This document shows, one piece after another, positions 9,714-21,053 of a stretch of 64,000 bases of DNA. A program made the position numbers and the translations under genes. The notes beneath the pieces are model-generated. The model saw only the letters and a list, made by a program, of their open reading frames with translations, had not been told where the DNA came from and searched no databases. The number at the start of each line of letters is the position of its first letter. Positions within the stretch are counted from its first letter, which is position 1. The DNA is from Phycisphaeraceae bacterium (GTDB lineage: Bacteria; Planctomycetota; Phycisphaerae; Phycisphaerales; Phycisphaeraceae): contig OY771506.1 of the NCBI GenBank assembly GCA_963674705.1, forward strand, positions 4,320,001 through 4,384,000, given 5' to 3'.

Positions 9714-11246
9714 TTAATCCAGGCTCATCGTCAGCAGGAACTCGGCGTTGGTCTTCACCTTTTCGAGCCGGCTCTTGAGCAGTTCCATCGCTTCGACGAC
9801 GTTCATGTCCGCAAGCACCTTGCGCAGGCGGTAGATCAGCTTCAGCTCCTGGGTGTCCATCAGCAGTTCCTCACGACGCGTGCCGCTGGCGGCGATGTCG
9901 ATCGCGGGGTAGGTACGTTTTTCAACCAGTCGGCGGTCCAGGTGCAATTCGGAGTTACCCGTGCCCTTGAACTCCTCGAAGATGATGTCGTCCATCTTCG
10001 AGCCGGTGTCGACCAGCGCGGTGGCGAGGATGGTCAGCGAACCGCCGTTCTCGATCGCACGGGCCGAGCCGAAGAACTTCTTAGGCCGCTGCAAGGCGTT
10101 GGAGTCCAGACCGCCGGTCAGGATCTTGCCGGAGTGCGGCATCTCGGCGTTGTACGCACGGGCCATACGCGTGATCGAGTCCATCAGGATCACGACGTGC
10201 TGACCGAACTCGACGAAACGACGCGCCTTCTCGATAACCATCTCGCAAACCTGCACGTGGCGGTGGCTCTGTTCGTCGAACGTCGAGGCGATCACTTCCA
10301 CATCTTTCGGCGTGTTGTTCTTGAAGTCCGTCACTTCTTCAGGCCGTTCGTCGATCAAAAGCACGATGACCTTCGTCTCGGGGCTGTTGACGATGATCGA
10401 GTTAGCCATCTTCTGCAGAAGCACCGTCTTACCGGTACGCGGCGGGGCCACGATCAGACCACGCTGCCCGCGACCGATCGGCGTGACCAGGTCCACGATC
10501 CGCATCTCGATGTTGTCCGGCGTCGTCTCGAGGATCAGCCGTTCGTACGGATGCAGCGGTGTGAGGTCTTCGTAATTCTTGATGTCGTTCAGATGATCCG
10601 GCGGGAAGCCGTTTACCGCGTCCACACGCAGCAGTGCGAAGTACTTTTCACTTTCCTTCGGCGGACGGATTGAACCCTGCACCACGTGCCCGGGCTTCAA
10701 GCCGAAGCGACGGATCTGCGAAGGCGAGACATAGATATCATCCGGGCAGGCGAGGTAGGAATATTCCGGGCTACGTAAAAACCCGAACCCGTCAGGCAGG
10801 ATTTCCAACACGCCGTCGCCGTACATCAGGCCCTGCTTCTGCGTCTTGACCTCGAGGATCTTGAACGTCAGGTCATGGCGGGGCATGGTGGCCGCGTCTT
10901 CGATACCCTCTTCCTTGGCGACATTAAGCAGGTCATCCAGTTCCATCGCCTGGAGCGTGTGGACGGTGACGTCGCTCTTCTTGGCCTGCTCGTAACGACG
11001 CTGCGTCTCAGCATCGAGCTGTTCGTCGGTCTGCGGCTTGCGATGCTGCTTGGGCGTGCCGCCATTGTTTTGTTGTTCACCCTTGCCGGCATTGTCAGCC
11101 TTGGCGGGTTTATCAGCGGCTTCCGCCGCCTGCTCCTGCTCCACGGGCTCATCGACGGCTTCGGTCTTCTTCACCTTCGTCGTCTTGGCCTTCTTGGTCG
11201 TGCGCTTCTTCTTTGGCTTGGACTTAACGTTTTCTTCCGCTGCCAT
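9714..11246 (-). CDS. rho: transcription termination factor Rho with a low-complexity N-terminal extension
   Basis: [63 protein letters not shown]. Confidence 0.98.
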   Translation of the reverse strand: MAAEENVKSKPKKKRTTKKAKTTKVKKTEAVDEPVEQEQAAEAADKPAKADNAGKGEQQNNGGTPKQHRKPQTDEQLDAETQRRYEQAKKSDVTVHTLQAMELDDLLNVAKEEGIEDAATMPRHDLTFKILEVKTQKQGLMYGDGVLEILPDGFGFLRSPEYSYLACPDDIYVSPSQIRRFGLKPGHVVQGSIRPPKESEKYFALLRVDAVNGFPPDHLNDIKNYEDLTPLHPYERLILETTPDNIEMRIVDLVTPIGRGQRGLIVAPPRTGKTVLLQKMANSIIVNSPETKVIVLLIDERPEEVTDFKNNTPKDVEVIASTFDEQSHRHVQVCEMVIEKARRFVEFGQHVVILMDSITRMARAYNAEMPHSGKILTGGLDSNALQRPKKFFGSARAIENGGSLTILATALVDTGSKMDDIIFEEFKGTGNSELHLDRRLVEKRTYPAIDIAASGTRREELLMDTQELKLIYRLRKVLADMNVVEAMELLKSRLEKVKTNAEFLLTMSLD

Positions 11247-11501
11247 GGGAGGGTCAATCCTTCACTAAAAAACGGGTGGATGCGACCGGGTTGAAGTCGG
11301 TCGGCGGGGTTGGACTCATATCCACAAGGACATGCTGGATCGCTTGATCCGTAGAGTACTGATTTAACGCAGCTCCTGCGTACAAAGGGTTATCCGAATA
11401 ACTAAAGTAAATTGGATATCGGGGGAGTATTCACGTGCAAAAAGCGGGAACATCCAAAGACGACCGGCCAAGGCTCTATCCTCATCGAAGCCGACCAGTG
11501 G

Positions 11502-12110
11502 TCAGTGAGTAATCCGGGAAAGCACCTCGCGAGTTTGCTCCAGACAGTGGGCCTCACTCGCGTCGTTGCTGATTACATAATCGGCACGTTCACGTTTAAT
11601 GTCAAGCGGCATCTGGCTTTTCTCACGCCGCGACAGCTCCGCCGCGTCCCAGCCACGATCCCGGGCCACCCGCTGAAGGCGTAAAGCCCGGGGGGCGTCT
11701 ACAAAGACTAACGCATCACAGTCCCGATCGATTCCCGATTCCAATAACAATGGGCTATCTTCCACGATCCCCACGACTTTCGGGTCCTGAAGGGCCTGTT
11801 TCCGCAGTAACGCCCGTCCCGCATGCACCTGCGGATGGATAATCCCCTCCAGTTGCTTGCGTCGATCCGGGTCGGCAAACACCATATCTGCCAGCGCAGA
11901 GCGATCCACACGCCCCTGATCCATCAAAATCCCGTCTCCCCACCACTTAGCTAGCTGATCAACGACCTCCGGGTCGTCCAGGGCCTGCTTCGCTAAAAGA
12001 TCAGAATCGATGATTACGCATCCCAAAGACGCCATCTGCCGTGCAACCAAGCTCTTACCCGCACCAGGCGCGCCCATCAGACCGATACAGGGGACCGATT
12101 CGTCACTCAT
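11502..12110 (-). CDS. coaE: dephospho-CoA kinase
   Basis: IGLMGAPGAGKS P-loop, VDRSALADMVF, LEGIIHP, PLLLE, ADYVISN. Confidence 0.93.
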   Translation of the reverse strand: MSDESVPCIGLMGAPGAGKSLVARQMASLGCVIIDSDLLAKQALDDPEVVDQLAKWWGDGILMDQGRVDRSALADMVFADPDRRKQLEGIIHPQVHAGRALLRKQALQDPKVVGIVEDSPLLLESGIDRDCDALVFVDAPRALRLQRVARDRGWDAAELSRREKSQMPLDIKRERADYVISNDASEAHCLEQTREVLSRITH

Positions 12111-12455
12111 CCCATCATCTCCAAACCGAAGCAGCCATCAAATGGATCACTACCCAACTTCACCGCCCGGGCAGCATATCACCCAAAGCACGCTGGGCCG
12201 ACGCTGTTCAAGGCGCTATACTCTAGTGTATTCACACAAGCAGATGACATGAGGCGTGTTATAGATGCCGATCGGATCGGAACCGGTTGCTGTGTGCTGG
12301 TCCATCGATCCAACGATGCACGGCAAGCCAACGCCGGGCAATCAAAGCGCAAGATTTGCCAGCCGCGTGAATTGCCTTCATAATTTACCCTCCCGCACTA
12401 TTTACCCTACCCCACACCACCGGCTCCCGATCCGGTGGATCAACACGAGGAACGG

Positions 12456-14243
12456 ATGGCCCGAAAAAGACGTCAACTCGGTGAAATCCTCAAGCGCTGG
12501 GGACTGATCGATGATGAGAAACTCGAAGAAGCGCTCAAGCTCTCTCAAGGTTCACGCAAACGCATCGGCGAAGTCCTGGTCGACCTCGGTTATGCTCAAC
12601 AAAACGATGTCGCCAAAGCGCTCGCATCTCAGTTCGGCATGGAGTTTGTCGACCTCGATCAACCCGACGTCGTCTCCAAAGACAACCTCGAACTGATCCC
12701 CACCGACCTGATCAAAAAGTACACCGTCCTGCCGCTGGGTAAGGATGGCAACAGGCTAAAAGTCTTGGTCCACGATCCGATGGACCTGGCCGTCATCGAC
12801 GACCTGCGCTTCCGCCTCGGCGGTGAACTCGAACTTGCACTCGGCGCCAAAGATAAGATCCGCGAATACATCGAAAGCTTCCTGTCCGAAACACAGGCCT
12901 CGATCGACGAAGAAGTCCGCCGCATGACGATGGACGCCTCGATCGACGCCGGCGCGTCACTGGACGTGCACATGGCCGGCGAAGAAGACGCCGAGCCGAC
13001 CGGCGACGAATCGAAAGATGCACAGTCCGCCCCGATCGTCCGACTGGTCGCCGAGATCATCAAGGAAGCCGTCGTAACGCGTGCCAGCGACATCCACATC
13101 GAGCCCTTTGAAAACCGCGTCCGCCTGCGCTACCGCATCGACGGCGTCTGCCAGGAAAAAGACGTCATCCCCAAGCGCACACAGCAGTCGGTCATCGCGC
13201 GTCTGAAGATCATGTCCGGGATGAAGATCGAAGAGAAACGCATCCCGCAGGACGGTCGTATCAAGATGAAGATCGGTGGCGAAATCATCGACTTCCGTGT
13301 CTCCGCCTGCCCGGCCTACCACGGCGAATCCGTCGTCCTGCGTATCTTGCGCCCCGACGCCGCCAAACTCGGCCTGGCCAACCTCGGTATGCAGGAAGAC
13401 ACGCTCGAGATGTTCAAGAAAATCATCGCCAGGCCCAATGGCATCTTCCTCGTCACCGGCCCTACCGGCTCGGGTAAAACAACGACCCTCTACTCGGCAC
13501 TGTCCGAACTCAACCGACCGGACATCAAGATCATCACCGCCGAGGACCCGATCGAATACAACTTCAAAGGCATCAACCAGTGCCAGGTCAACGAGCACAT
13601 CGGCCTGACCTTCGACAGGATCCTTCGCGCCATGCTGCGTCAGGCGCCCAACATCATCCTCGTCGGTGAAATCCGTGACCGTACGGTCGGCGAAGTCGCC
13701 ATCCAGGCCGCCCTGACAGGCCACATGGTCTTCTCCACGCTGCACACCAACGATGCACCTTCCGCGATCACACGTCTGGTCGACATGGGCCTCAAACCCT
13801 TCCTTGTCGCCAGCTCGATCCAGGCCGTCCTCGCCCAGCGTCTGGTGCGTATCCTCTGCGATCACTGCAAGGAGCCGGAAGAAAATCCAAACCCGCGGCT
13901 GATCCACCTTTGCGGTTTCAAGAAGGGGGACCTGGACGGACAAACGATCTACAAACCCGTCGGCTGCACCCGTTGCGGCGGATCGGGTTACCGAGGACGA
14001 CGCGGCATCTACGAACTGATGATTATGAATTCTGAGCTGCGCGAGCTGGCATTCAACCGCGCCGCTGTCAGTAAGATCCGGCAGGCAGCAATCGCCTCCG
14101 GCATGCGAAACCTTATCGGTGACGGCCGGCTCAAGATCCTTGAAGGCAAAACCACGCTTGATGAAGTCGCACGCGTCGCACAGGTCGGCGGCACCGTCGA
14201 GTTGGATGAAGAAGGCATGGACGACGGTTCCATGGTTGCATAA
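12456..14243 (+). CDS. pilB: type IV pilus assembly ATPase (PilB/GspE family), copy 1
   Basis: MshEN-like RQLGEIL / RIGEVLVDLG N-terminus, ASDIHIEP, GPTGSGKTTTLY, EDPIE, tetra-Cys zinc motif. Confidence 0.92.
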   Translation: MARKRRQLGEILKRWGLIDDEKLEEALKLSQGSRKRIGEVLVDLGYAQQNDVAKALASQFGMEFVDLDQPDVVSKDNLELIPTDLIKKYTVLPLGKDGNRLKVLVHDPMDLAVIDDLRFRLGGELELALGAKDKIREYIESFLSETQASIDEEVRRMTMDASIDAGASLDVHMAGEEDAEPTGDESKDAQSAPIVRLVAEIIKEAVVTRASDIHIEPFENRVRLRYRIDGVCQEKDVIPKRTQQSVIARLKIMSGMKIEEKRIPQDGRIKMKIGGEIIDFRVSACPAYHGESVVLRILRPDAAKLGLANLGMQEDTLEMFKKIIARPNGIFLVTGPTGSGKTTTLYSALSELNRPDIKIITAEDPIEYNFKGINQCQVNEHIGLTFDRILRAMLRQAPNIILVGEIRDRTVGEVAIQAALTGHMVFSTLHTNDAPSAITRLVDMGLKPFLVASSIQAVLAQRLVRILCDHCKEPEENPNPRLIHLCGFKKGDLDGQTIYKPVGCTRCGGSGYRGRRGIYELMIMNSELRELAFNRAAVSKIRQAAIASGMRNLIGDGRLKILEGKTTLDEVARVAQVGGTVELDEEGMDDGSMVA

Positions 14244-14338
14244 ACCACGTGCCGGCCCCGAAGCTGCACGCTGCAAAAGATATGAACACACGCCGCTTCT
14301 CACGCATGATTTGATCGCGGCATAACAGGAGTACACAC

Positions 14339-15517
14339 TTGAGTTCTTCAAGCTCATCCGAAGGCAAACGCCCGCCCTCAACGATCCATATCGACCGACT
14401 GCTCGATACCGTCGTCAAGCAGGACGCCAGCGACTTGCACCTGACCGTCGGCAAAAAGCCCACCCTGCGTATCCGCGGCCGGCTTGTCGAGTTGAACACC
14501 AAAGTCCTCGAGCCCGCCGACACCGTCGCGCTGATGAAGTCCATCACGCCCGAACGTGGACAGAACGAGCTTCAAGAAGAAGGTGGCTGCGACTTCGGTT
14601 TCGCCTACGGCGACGCCGCCCGTTTCCGTGTCTCGGTCTTCAAGCAGAAAGGCAACGTCGCGCTGGTCTTGCGACAGATCCCCAATGAACTGCTTCCCCT
14701 CGACGTCATCGGCCTGCCCATGATCGTCAAAGACCTGATCCGCCGACCGCAGGGCCTGTTCCTGGTCACCGGGCCTACCGGTTCGGGTAAAACGACCACC
14801 CTCGCGGCCATGATCAACGACATCAACCTCACCCTCGACCGGCACATCATCACCGTCGAAGACCCGATCGAGTATTACCAGAACCACAACAAGAGCATCA
14901 TTAACCAACGCGAGGTCGGCAACGACTGCCCCAGCTTCGCAGAGGCCCTGCGTCGTGCTCTGCGTCAGGACCCGGACGTCATCCTCGTCGGTGAGTTGCG
15001 TGACCTTGAGACCATCGAGGCCGCCATCCGGGCCGCCGAAACGGGCCACCTCGTGTTCGGCACCCTGCACACCAACTCCGCCGGCGGCACCATCAACCGT
15101 GTCATCGACGCCTTCCCCACCAACCAGCAGGCCCAGGTCCGTGTACAGCTCGCGACCTCCCTCATGGCCGTGCTCTCCCAGCAACTGCTCAAGCGTATCG
15201 ACAAGAAGGGCATGGTCGCGGCCTACGAGTTCCTCGTGGTCACCCCCGCCATCTCCAACCTCATCCGTGAGAACAAGACCTTCCGAATCGACTCGGCCAT
15301 CCAGACCGGTAAAAAGTTCGGCATGCAGTTGCTCGACGACCACCTCTGGGACCTCTATAGCCGCGGCTGGATCAGCGTCGAGGACATGATCGACAAGTGC
15401 CGAAGCCAGCCGGCGATGATCGAGAAGGTCAAACGTGCCGGTCAATCCATTGGCCGCGCTGAGCTGGATGAGGAAGATGTCGACATCAAGGGTGGCGATG
15501 CCAAAGCAGGCAAATAA
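14339..15517 (+). CDS. pilT: type IV pilus retraction ATPase
   Basis: ASDLHL, GPTGSGKTTT, QREVG, ALRQDPDVILVGE, AAETGHLV, AISNLIRE. Confidence 0.94.
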   Translation: MSSSSSSEGKRPPSTIHIDRLLDTVVKQDASDLHLTVGKKPTLRIRGRLVELNTKVLEPADTVALMKSITPERGQNELQEEGGCDFGFAYGDAARFRVSVFKQKGNVALVLRQIPNELLPLDVIGLPMIVKDLIRRPQGLFLVTGPTGSGKTTTLAAMINDINLTLDRHIITVEDPIEYYQNHNKSIINQREVGNDCPSFAEALRRALRQDPDVILVGELRDLETIEAAIRAAETGHLVFGTLHTNSAGGTINRVIDAFPTNQQAQVRVQLATSLMAVLSQQLLKRIDKKGMVAAYEFLVVTPAISNLIRENKTFRIDSAIQTGKKFGMQLLDDHLWDLYSRGWISVEDMIDKCRSQPAMIEKVKRAGQSIGRAELDEEDVDIKGGDAKAGK

Positions 15518-15720
15518 ACCTTACGAACAAGATTCAAGCCTTAATATTGGGGGAATACCGCTTTTTGCAATTTAAGTTACGCAAACCAAGCGGCACCCTA
15601 CACCCTTTATGGCTAAAACACTGCAATAACAACGATTAAGAGAGCAACCTAACAGGTATCACACACTCAAAAACTTTATCTAATTCCCGGTGTCTTTTTC
15701 TAAGTTACCGCCTTTAACAC

Positions 15721-15748
15721 TTGAATACACCATATCGGTCGATATAGT
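15721..15748 (+). promoter_or_regulatory. sigma70-like promoter upstream of the second pilB
   Basis: TTGAAT-16 nt-TATAGT in an AT-rich 500-bp intergenic gap. Confidence 0.5.
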
Positions 15749-16028
15749 GTTAGATAGACGGGGGAACTGAGGCATTCAGAAGATCACAGCCACGCAACGT
15801 GACTTTTCATCAGGGGCTTCTGAATGATGCAGTGTCAAGAGCCGTGAATATAGGCTCCGCAAGAAAGGCACTTGGATATTGGACAACGGGATTTTGGAGT
15901 AAAGGCAAGACCCAGCCAACGGACTTCCTTGGCGTGTTGTCTTGCCACCGAACATGAACGCGGATTAAACCCGCATCAAAACCGGATAACCCGTCCAAAC
16001 ATGGAACTGAGTGTCAGGACACAAAACA

Positions 16029-17771
16029 ATGGCTGAACGCAAGAACGAGCTTAATGAACTACGCGGCCGAAAGCTCGGTCGAATCCTGACCAAGATGGGT
16101 AAGGTTACCCGTGACCAGGTCAACGAGGCCCTCGCCCTCCAGGAACACAACCGAGCCCCGATCGGCCAGCTGCTGGTCGAACTGGGCTACGTCACCCACG
16201 ACGACGTTAACCTCGCCCTCGCCGCCCAGGCCGGCATGGAGACCGTCGACCTCAACGACTTCGACCTCTCTGAAGAAATCATCCGGATCATCCCGTCCGA
16301 GATGGCGATGTCCTACCAGATCCTGCCCCTGAGCTACGACAAGGAACGGCACGATCTCGTCGTCGCCATGAAGACAGCCGACAACTTCCGGGCCGTGGAC
16401 GACCTGCGCCTGCTCATGGGCTTCAACGTCCGGGCCGTCGTCGCCCCCGCCGAGCAACTCGAAAAACTGTTGCAGACGCACTACGGCGACGATGAGGAAT
16501 CCGTCCTCGACATCATCAGCTCGCTGACCGATGACGAAGACTTCGAGGCCCTGGCCGACCGCGGCGAATCGATCGACCTTGAAGAACAGATCGAGCTGGC
16601 CGATGACAACCGCGTCAAACGCCTGCTCAACCTCGTGCTGCTTCAGGCCATCAAGGACAAGGCCTCCGACATCCACTTCGAGCCGTTCGAAGACGAGTTC
16701 AAGATGCGCTACCGCATCGACGGCGTGCTCTACGAAATGATCCCACCGCCCAAACACCTGGCGATGCCCATCGTCAGCCGTGTGAAGGTTATGTCCAACC
16801 TCGATATCGCCGAACGCCGGCTCCCGCAGGACGGCCGTATCGAACTGATCGTCAACAACAACCCCGTCGACCTGCGTGTCGCCGTGCTCCCGACCATGTT
16901 CGGCGAGTCGGTCGTTATGCGTATCCTCGACCGCGGCAACGTTCAGCTCGACCTCGACCGCATCGGCATGCGTGGCGACGACCTGGAAACCTTCCGCCAA
17001 CTGATCCACAAGCCCAACGGCATCGTCGTCGTCACCGGCCCCACCGGCTCGGGTAAAACAACGACCCTCTACGCCGCGCTCAACGAACTGAACACCCCTA
17101 CTGAAAAAATCCTCACCGTCGAAGACCCCGTCGAATACGACATCGACGGCCTCGTCCAGATCCAGGTCCGTGCGGAAGTCGGCCTGACCTTCGCCGCCGC
17201 CCTGCGTAGCTTCCTGCGTCAGGACCCCGACATCATCCTCGTCGGCGAGACCCGTGACCTTGAAACCGCGCAGATCGCTGTGCAGGCGTCGCTCACGGGC
17301 CACCTTGTGTTCACCACGCTGCACACCAACGACGCCCCCAGCTCGATCGCGCGTCTGCTGGACCTCGGCCTCGAGCCGTTCCTCCTCACCGCGACCATCG
17401 AAGGCATCGCCGCCCAGCGTCTGGTGCGCACGATCTGCTCTCGCTGCAAAGAGCCTTACGACCCGTCTGAAGAGGAACTGATGCAGCTTCAACTGCTCCC
17501 CGAAGACCTCGACGGGCGTCAGCTCTATCGCGGCCGGGGCTGCGACTATTGCAACCACTCCGGCTACAAGGGCCGGATCGGCCTGTTTGAAATCATGGTG
17601 TTCGACGACGAGATCCGCGAGATGATCATGCAGAACGCGTCGACCCAGGCGTTGCGCTCCGAAGCGAAGAAGCGCGGCCTGCGTACGCTGCGACACTCAG
17701 GCCTGATGGCTTTGTATGACGGTATCACCACGATCGAGGAAGTTGTCCGCGAGACGTTGGTGGAAGAATGA
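16029..17771 (+). CDS. pilB: type IV pilus assembly ATPase (PilB/GspE family), copy 2
   Basis: RKLGRIL / PIGQLLVELG N-terminus, ASDIHFEP, RRLPQDGR, GPTGSGKTTTLY, CxxC...CxxC. Confidence 0.92.
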   Translation: MAERKNELNELRGRKLGRILTKMGKVTRDQVNEALALQEHNRAPIGQLLVELGYVTHDDVNLALAAQAGMETVDLNDFDLSEEIIRIIPSEMAMSYQILPLSYDKERHDLVVAMKTADNFRAVDDLRLLMGFNVRAVVAPAEQLEKLLQTHYGDDEESVLDIISSLTDDEDFEALADRGESIDLEEQIELADDNRVKRLLNLVLLQAIKDKASDIHFEPFEDEFKMRYRIDGVLYEMIPPPKHLAMPIVSRVKVMSNLDIAERRLPQDGRIELIVNNNPVDLRVAVLPTMFGESVVMRILDRGNVQLDLDRIGMRGDDLETFRQLIHKPNGIVVVTGPTGSGKTTTLYAALNELNTPTEKILTVEDPVEYDIDGLVQIQVRAEVGLTFAAALRSFLRQDPDIILVGETRDLETAQIAVQASLTGHLVFTTLHTNDAPSSIARLLDLGLEPFLLTATIEGIAAQRLVRTICSRCKEPYDPSEEELMQLQLLPEDLDGRQLYRGRGCDYCNHSGYKGRIGLFEIMVFDDEIREMIMQNASTQALRSEAKKRGLRTLRHSGLMALYDGITTIEEVVRETLVEE

Positions 17772-17853
17772 TCCCACACACCGTCCGTCTGCACCGCGCC
17801 GCCGGGCGCGGGACCGGACGGATTAGCAAGGGACGGGAAAAAAGGAGTCTGCC

Positions 17854-19128
17854 ATGCCGACTTTTCAGTACGAGGCACTAGACGACGGCGGCAAGCCGCA
17901 AAAAGGCACGATCACGGCAGCGACCAGTGACGAAGCGATCCAACGCATCCGCAGCCAGGGATACTTCCCCACCTCCGTGCGAGAGCAGAAGGTCAAGAAG
18001 TCCCGGGGCAGCAGCGGTGGTGCTAAAGCCGGCAAGAAAAAAGGCGGCGGCATCAGCATCAACATCGGCGGCGTGTCAGGCAAACAACTGACCACCTTCA
18101 CACGCCAGCTCTCCACGCTGCAGGACGCCGGCCTGCCGATCCTTCGCTCGCTACAGATCCTCGAACAACAGCAGAAACCCGGCCTGCTCAAGGACGTGCT
18201 CGGCAACGTCCACGAAGACGTCGCCTCCGGCTCGACGCTCTCCGACGCTATGACCAAGCACCCCAAGGCTTTCAACAAGCTCTACACCAAGATGATCGCC
18301 GCCGGCGAAGTCGGTGGTGTGTTGGACCTGATCTTGCAGCGTCTGGCCGAGTTCATGGAAAAGGCCGCCAAGCTTAAACGCCGGATCATCGGTGCGTTGA
18401 TCTACCCCGCGGTCGTGATCTTCGTCGCCGCGGTCATCGTGCTGGGCATCATGTACTTCATCGTGCCGAAGTTCGAATCCATCTTCGAAGACTTCGACAC
18501 CGACATGCCCGCCCTGACGCTGTTCCTGATCGGCTTCAGTAAATGGCTAGGCGGTCGTCAGTACGACGGGCAGTTGCCCGGCATCCTCTGGGTGCTGCTC
18601 AGCCCGATCGCGATCTTCATGATCTTCAAACTCGTGCGTAAATCCAACACCGGTAAGGCCGTCACCGACTGGACGCTGCTGAAGCTGCCGGTCGTCGGCA
18701 CGCTCGCCGCCAAGGCCACCATCGCCAAGTTCACCCGAACCCTCGGCACGCTGATCACCGCCGGCGTCCCCATCCTCGACGCCATCAGCATCACCAGCGA
18801 AACCACCGGCAACTACGTCTTCGAAAAAGCCCTGACCAAGGTCCACGACTCGGTCCGTCAAGGTGAAAGCTTTGCCGAACCGCTCAGGCAATCGAAAGTC
18901 ACCGACACCATCGTCGTCAACATGATCGACGTCGGCGAGGAAACAGGTGACCTGGACAAGATGCTCCTGAAGATCGCGGACAACTTCGATGAAGAAGTCG
19001 ACGTCGCGGTCGCCAGCCTCGTGTCCCTGCTCGAACCGATCATGATCGTCGTGCTCGGTGGTATCGTCGGCTTCATCGTCGTGTCGTTGTTCCTGCCGCT
19101 GGTCAAGCTGATGCAGGCCGTGATGTAA
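17854..19128 (+). CDS. pilC: type IV pilus platform protein (PilC/GspF family)
   Basis: FTRQLSTLQDAGLP, AGEVGG, YPAVV, GEETGDL, EPIMIV. Confidence 0.95.
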   Translation: MPTFQYEALDDGGKPQKGTITAATSDEAIQRIRSQGYFPTSVREQKVKKSRGSSGGAKAGKKKGGGISINIGGVSGKQLTTFTRQLSTLQDAGLPILRSLQILEQQQKPGLLKDVLGNVHEDVASGSTLSDAMTKHPKAFNKLYTKMIAAGEVGGVLDLILQRLAEFMEKAAKLKRRIIGALIYPAVVIFVAAVIVLGIMYFIVPKFESIFEDFDTDMPALTLFLIGFSKWLGGRQYDGQLPGILWVLLSPIAIFMIFKLVRKSNTGKAVTDWTLLKLPVVGTLAAKATIAKFTRTLGTLITAGVPILDAISITSETTGNYVFEKALTKVHDSVRQGESFAEPLRQSKVTDTIVVNMIDVGEETGDLDKMLLKIADNFDEEVDVAVASLVSLLEPIMIVVLGGIVGFIVVSLFLPLVKLMQAVM

Positions 19129-19203
19129 ACCCGTCCCTCCCGCGGTGTTGCCCCAGCGGGTCTCCCCTGGGGCCACCGTTTTTGAATCATCGAGGTATTG
19201 AAC

Positions 19204-19989
19204 ATGACAAACCTCAGAACCATAAACCGACCTCACGCAACCGGCTTCTCGCTGCTGGAGCTGCTCGTGGTCATCTCCATCATCGCCGTCATCGCCAGCC
19301 TGCTGATCGGCGGCGTGAGCATGCTTAAATCAAGCTCCAAGGAAAGCCAGGCCCGCACACTACTGGCCAACCTCATGGGCCAGGCCAGCATGTATGAAGT
19401 GAAAACCCGACAGGATTCGCCCCCCTTGAACCACATTGACGATGATCTGTTTGGCGACTGGTCAGGCGGTAATTGGGCCAAGAACGCCCCCGGCGTAAAC
19501 GGTACGGGCCCCATCGTCGAAGGCTACGACAAGGACGACACCAGCGACAACACCGATTACAGCCCCAAGGGCAAAGAGAACTACTACTACATGCGGCAGG
19601 CAAACGCCTACATCGAACGCTTCATCTGGGCCGCCAATCAGATGCCGCAGATTCGTGAGAAGCTCGACAGCCTGGGTGCCGCGTTAGATGACAGCGACAA
19701 TGACGGTTTCCTGGACGTCGTCGACCCCTGGGGCAACCCCATCGCCTACGCCGCTTCCGTCAGCCACGACCCTACCAAAAACCCGGACGACGACTTCCTG
19801 CCCGTCCACAACAACCCGTTCTTCGCCTCCGCCGGCGCCGACCTGAAGTGGGGCCTGGCACGCAAGCGGGGTGAGTTCGCCAATGACAACGATTGGTTGG
19901 CCTTCCAGGAAACCGACGCCTACAAGGATTCGCTGGACAACCTCTACAGCTTCGACCTGGACCGCGCCGCCGCCACTCGTGGGGACTAA
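19204..19989 (+). CDS. prepilin-type N-methylation protein (pseudopilin G-like)
   Basis: [23 protein letters not shown] and SAGAD motifs typical of GspG-like C-termini. Confidence 0.85.
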   Translation: MTNLRTINRPHATGFSLLELLVVISIIAVIASLLIGGVSMLKSSSKESQARTLLANLMGQASMYEVKTRQDSPPLNHIDDDLFGDWSGGNWAKNAPGVNGTGPIVEGYDKDDTSDNTDYSPKGKENYYYMRQANAYIERFIWAANQMPQIREKLDSLGAALDDSDNDGFLDVVDPWGNPIAYAASVSHDPTKNPDDDFLPVHNNPFFASAGADLKWGLARKRGEFANDNDWLAFQETDAYKDSLDNLYSFDLDRAAATRGD

Positions 19990-19995
19990 ACAAAC

Positions 19996-21051
19996 ATGAA
20001 TCCTTCGAACAGCACAACCCGAACCGGTTTCAGCCTTATCGAGATGCTCGTGGTCGTCTCGATCGTGGCGATCGTGCTGGCGATCTCCTTCCCCATGATC
20101 GGCGCCATGCGACGCGACACCGACGCCAGCACGGGGATCAACACCGTCTCCGTCGCCATCCCCTCCGCACGACGCTACGCCACCGACAACCGCTCCTTCA
20201 CCAGCGACCTCGACCTCACCACGCCTACCATCGTCGAACGCGGGATCTTCAGCGGCGCCGCCGCCATCTTCACACCCGCCGGCGAAGTCCGTATCGCTCG
20301 CAATGTCGGCGACGCCAAATGTCAGGACCTCACGTCGACCTACGGCGGTTCGCAATACCTCGAACAACGCGGCCCCATCCTCGCACGCAATTACCAGACC
20401 GCCGGGCAACTGCCCTTACTCGAACTCAACGGCTTCAAAGACATTGATATCGATTACCTGCTGCTCCCGGCCGACACCGGCGTCGCAGGCATCAACCGCG
20501 TCAGCGGCGGTAAACGCGGCGGTCGCAGCATCGATGCCGATGATCCCCCGCTCATCCTGCCCCCGCCTTTCGCTGTCTGGTACAACCAGAACGGCATCCT
20601 CGTCGCCACCGGCTGGGACATCGCCAATGGCTACCACAACGAGTACCAGTACGTCTACTACGACGGCAACTACGACAGCCAGTACAACGCCCTTGATAAC
20701 AGCCCGGGCTCCTTCCGCTGGACCGTGTCGGGCGGCTATAACCCCGATGAGTTCGATCCCAACTCGGGCGAATTCGACAGAAATAACTGGGACGACAACG
20801 AGGGCAAATATGTCCTGCCCTTCGAGGCGCTCGAGGCCGTCGTCGGCATCTTCACCTACTCCAAGGATGCCTTCCACGAAGCTAACGACCGATGGGATGA
20901 CGGCGAAACCAACACCAGCATCGCCGCACCCGACTGGATGCAAACCAGTGACAATGACAATAAGGCCCGATGGGAATGGATGGTCGCCAACGGCGAAATG
21001 ATCATGTTCAGCAAGCAGACCGGATCACTCATACGCAACCGCGATAAATAA
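19996..21051 (+). CDS. minor pilin, FimT/GspH-like
   Basis: G|FSLIEMLVVVSIV; SARRYA helix motif; operon position. Confidence 0.8.
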   Translation: MNPSNSTTRTGFSLIEMLVVVSIVAIVLAISFPMIGAMRRDTDASTGINTVSVAIPSARRYATDNRSFTSDLDLTTPTIVERGIFSGAAAIFTPAGEVRIARNVGDAKCQDLTSTYGGSQYLEQRGPILARNYQTAGQLPLLELNGFKDIDIDYLLLPADTGVAGINRVSGGKRGGRSIDADDPPLILPPPFAVWYNQNGILVATGWDIANGYHNEYQYVYYDGNYDSQYNALDNSPGSFRWTVSGGYNPDEFDPNSGEFDRNNWDDNEGKYVLPFEALEAVVGIFTYSKDAFHEANDRWDDGETNTSIAAPDWMQTSDNDNKARWEWMVANGEMIMFSKQTGSLIRNRDK

Positions 21052-21053
21052 TC

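Noticed and set aside
12957..17696. Long antisense ORFs opposite pilB/pilT (also 49767-50777, 57521-58843, 7663-8712)
   Set aside because: Shadow ORFs caused by high-GC codon bias on the real coding strand
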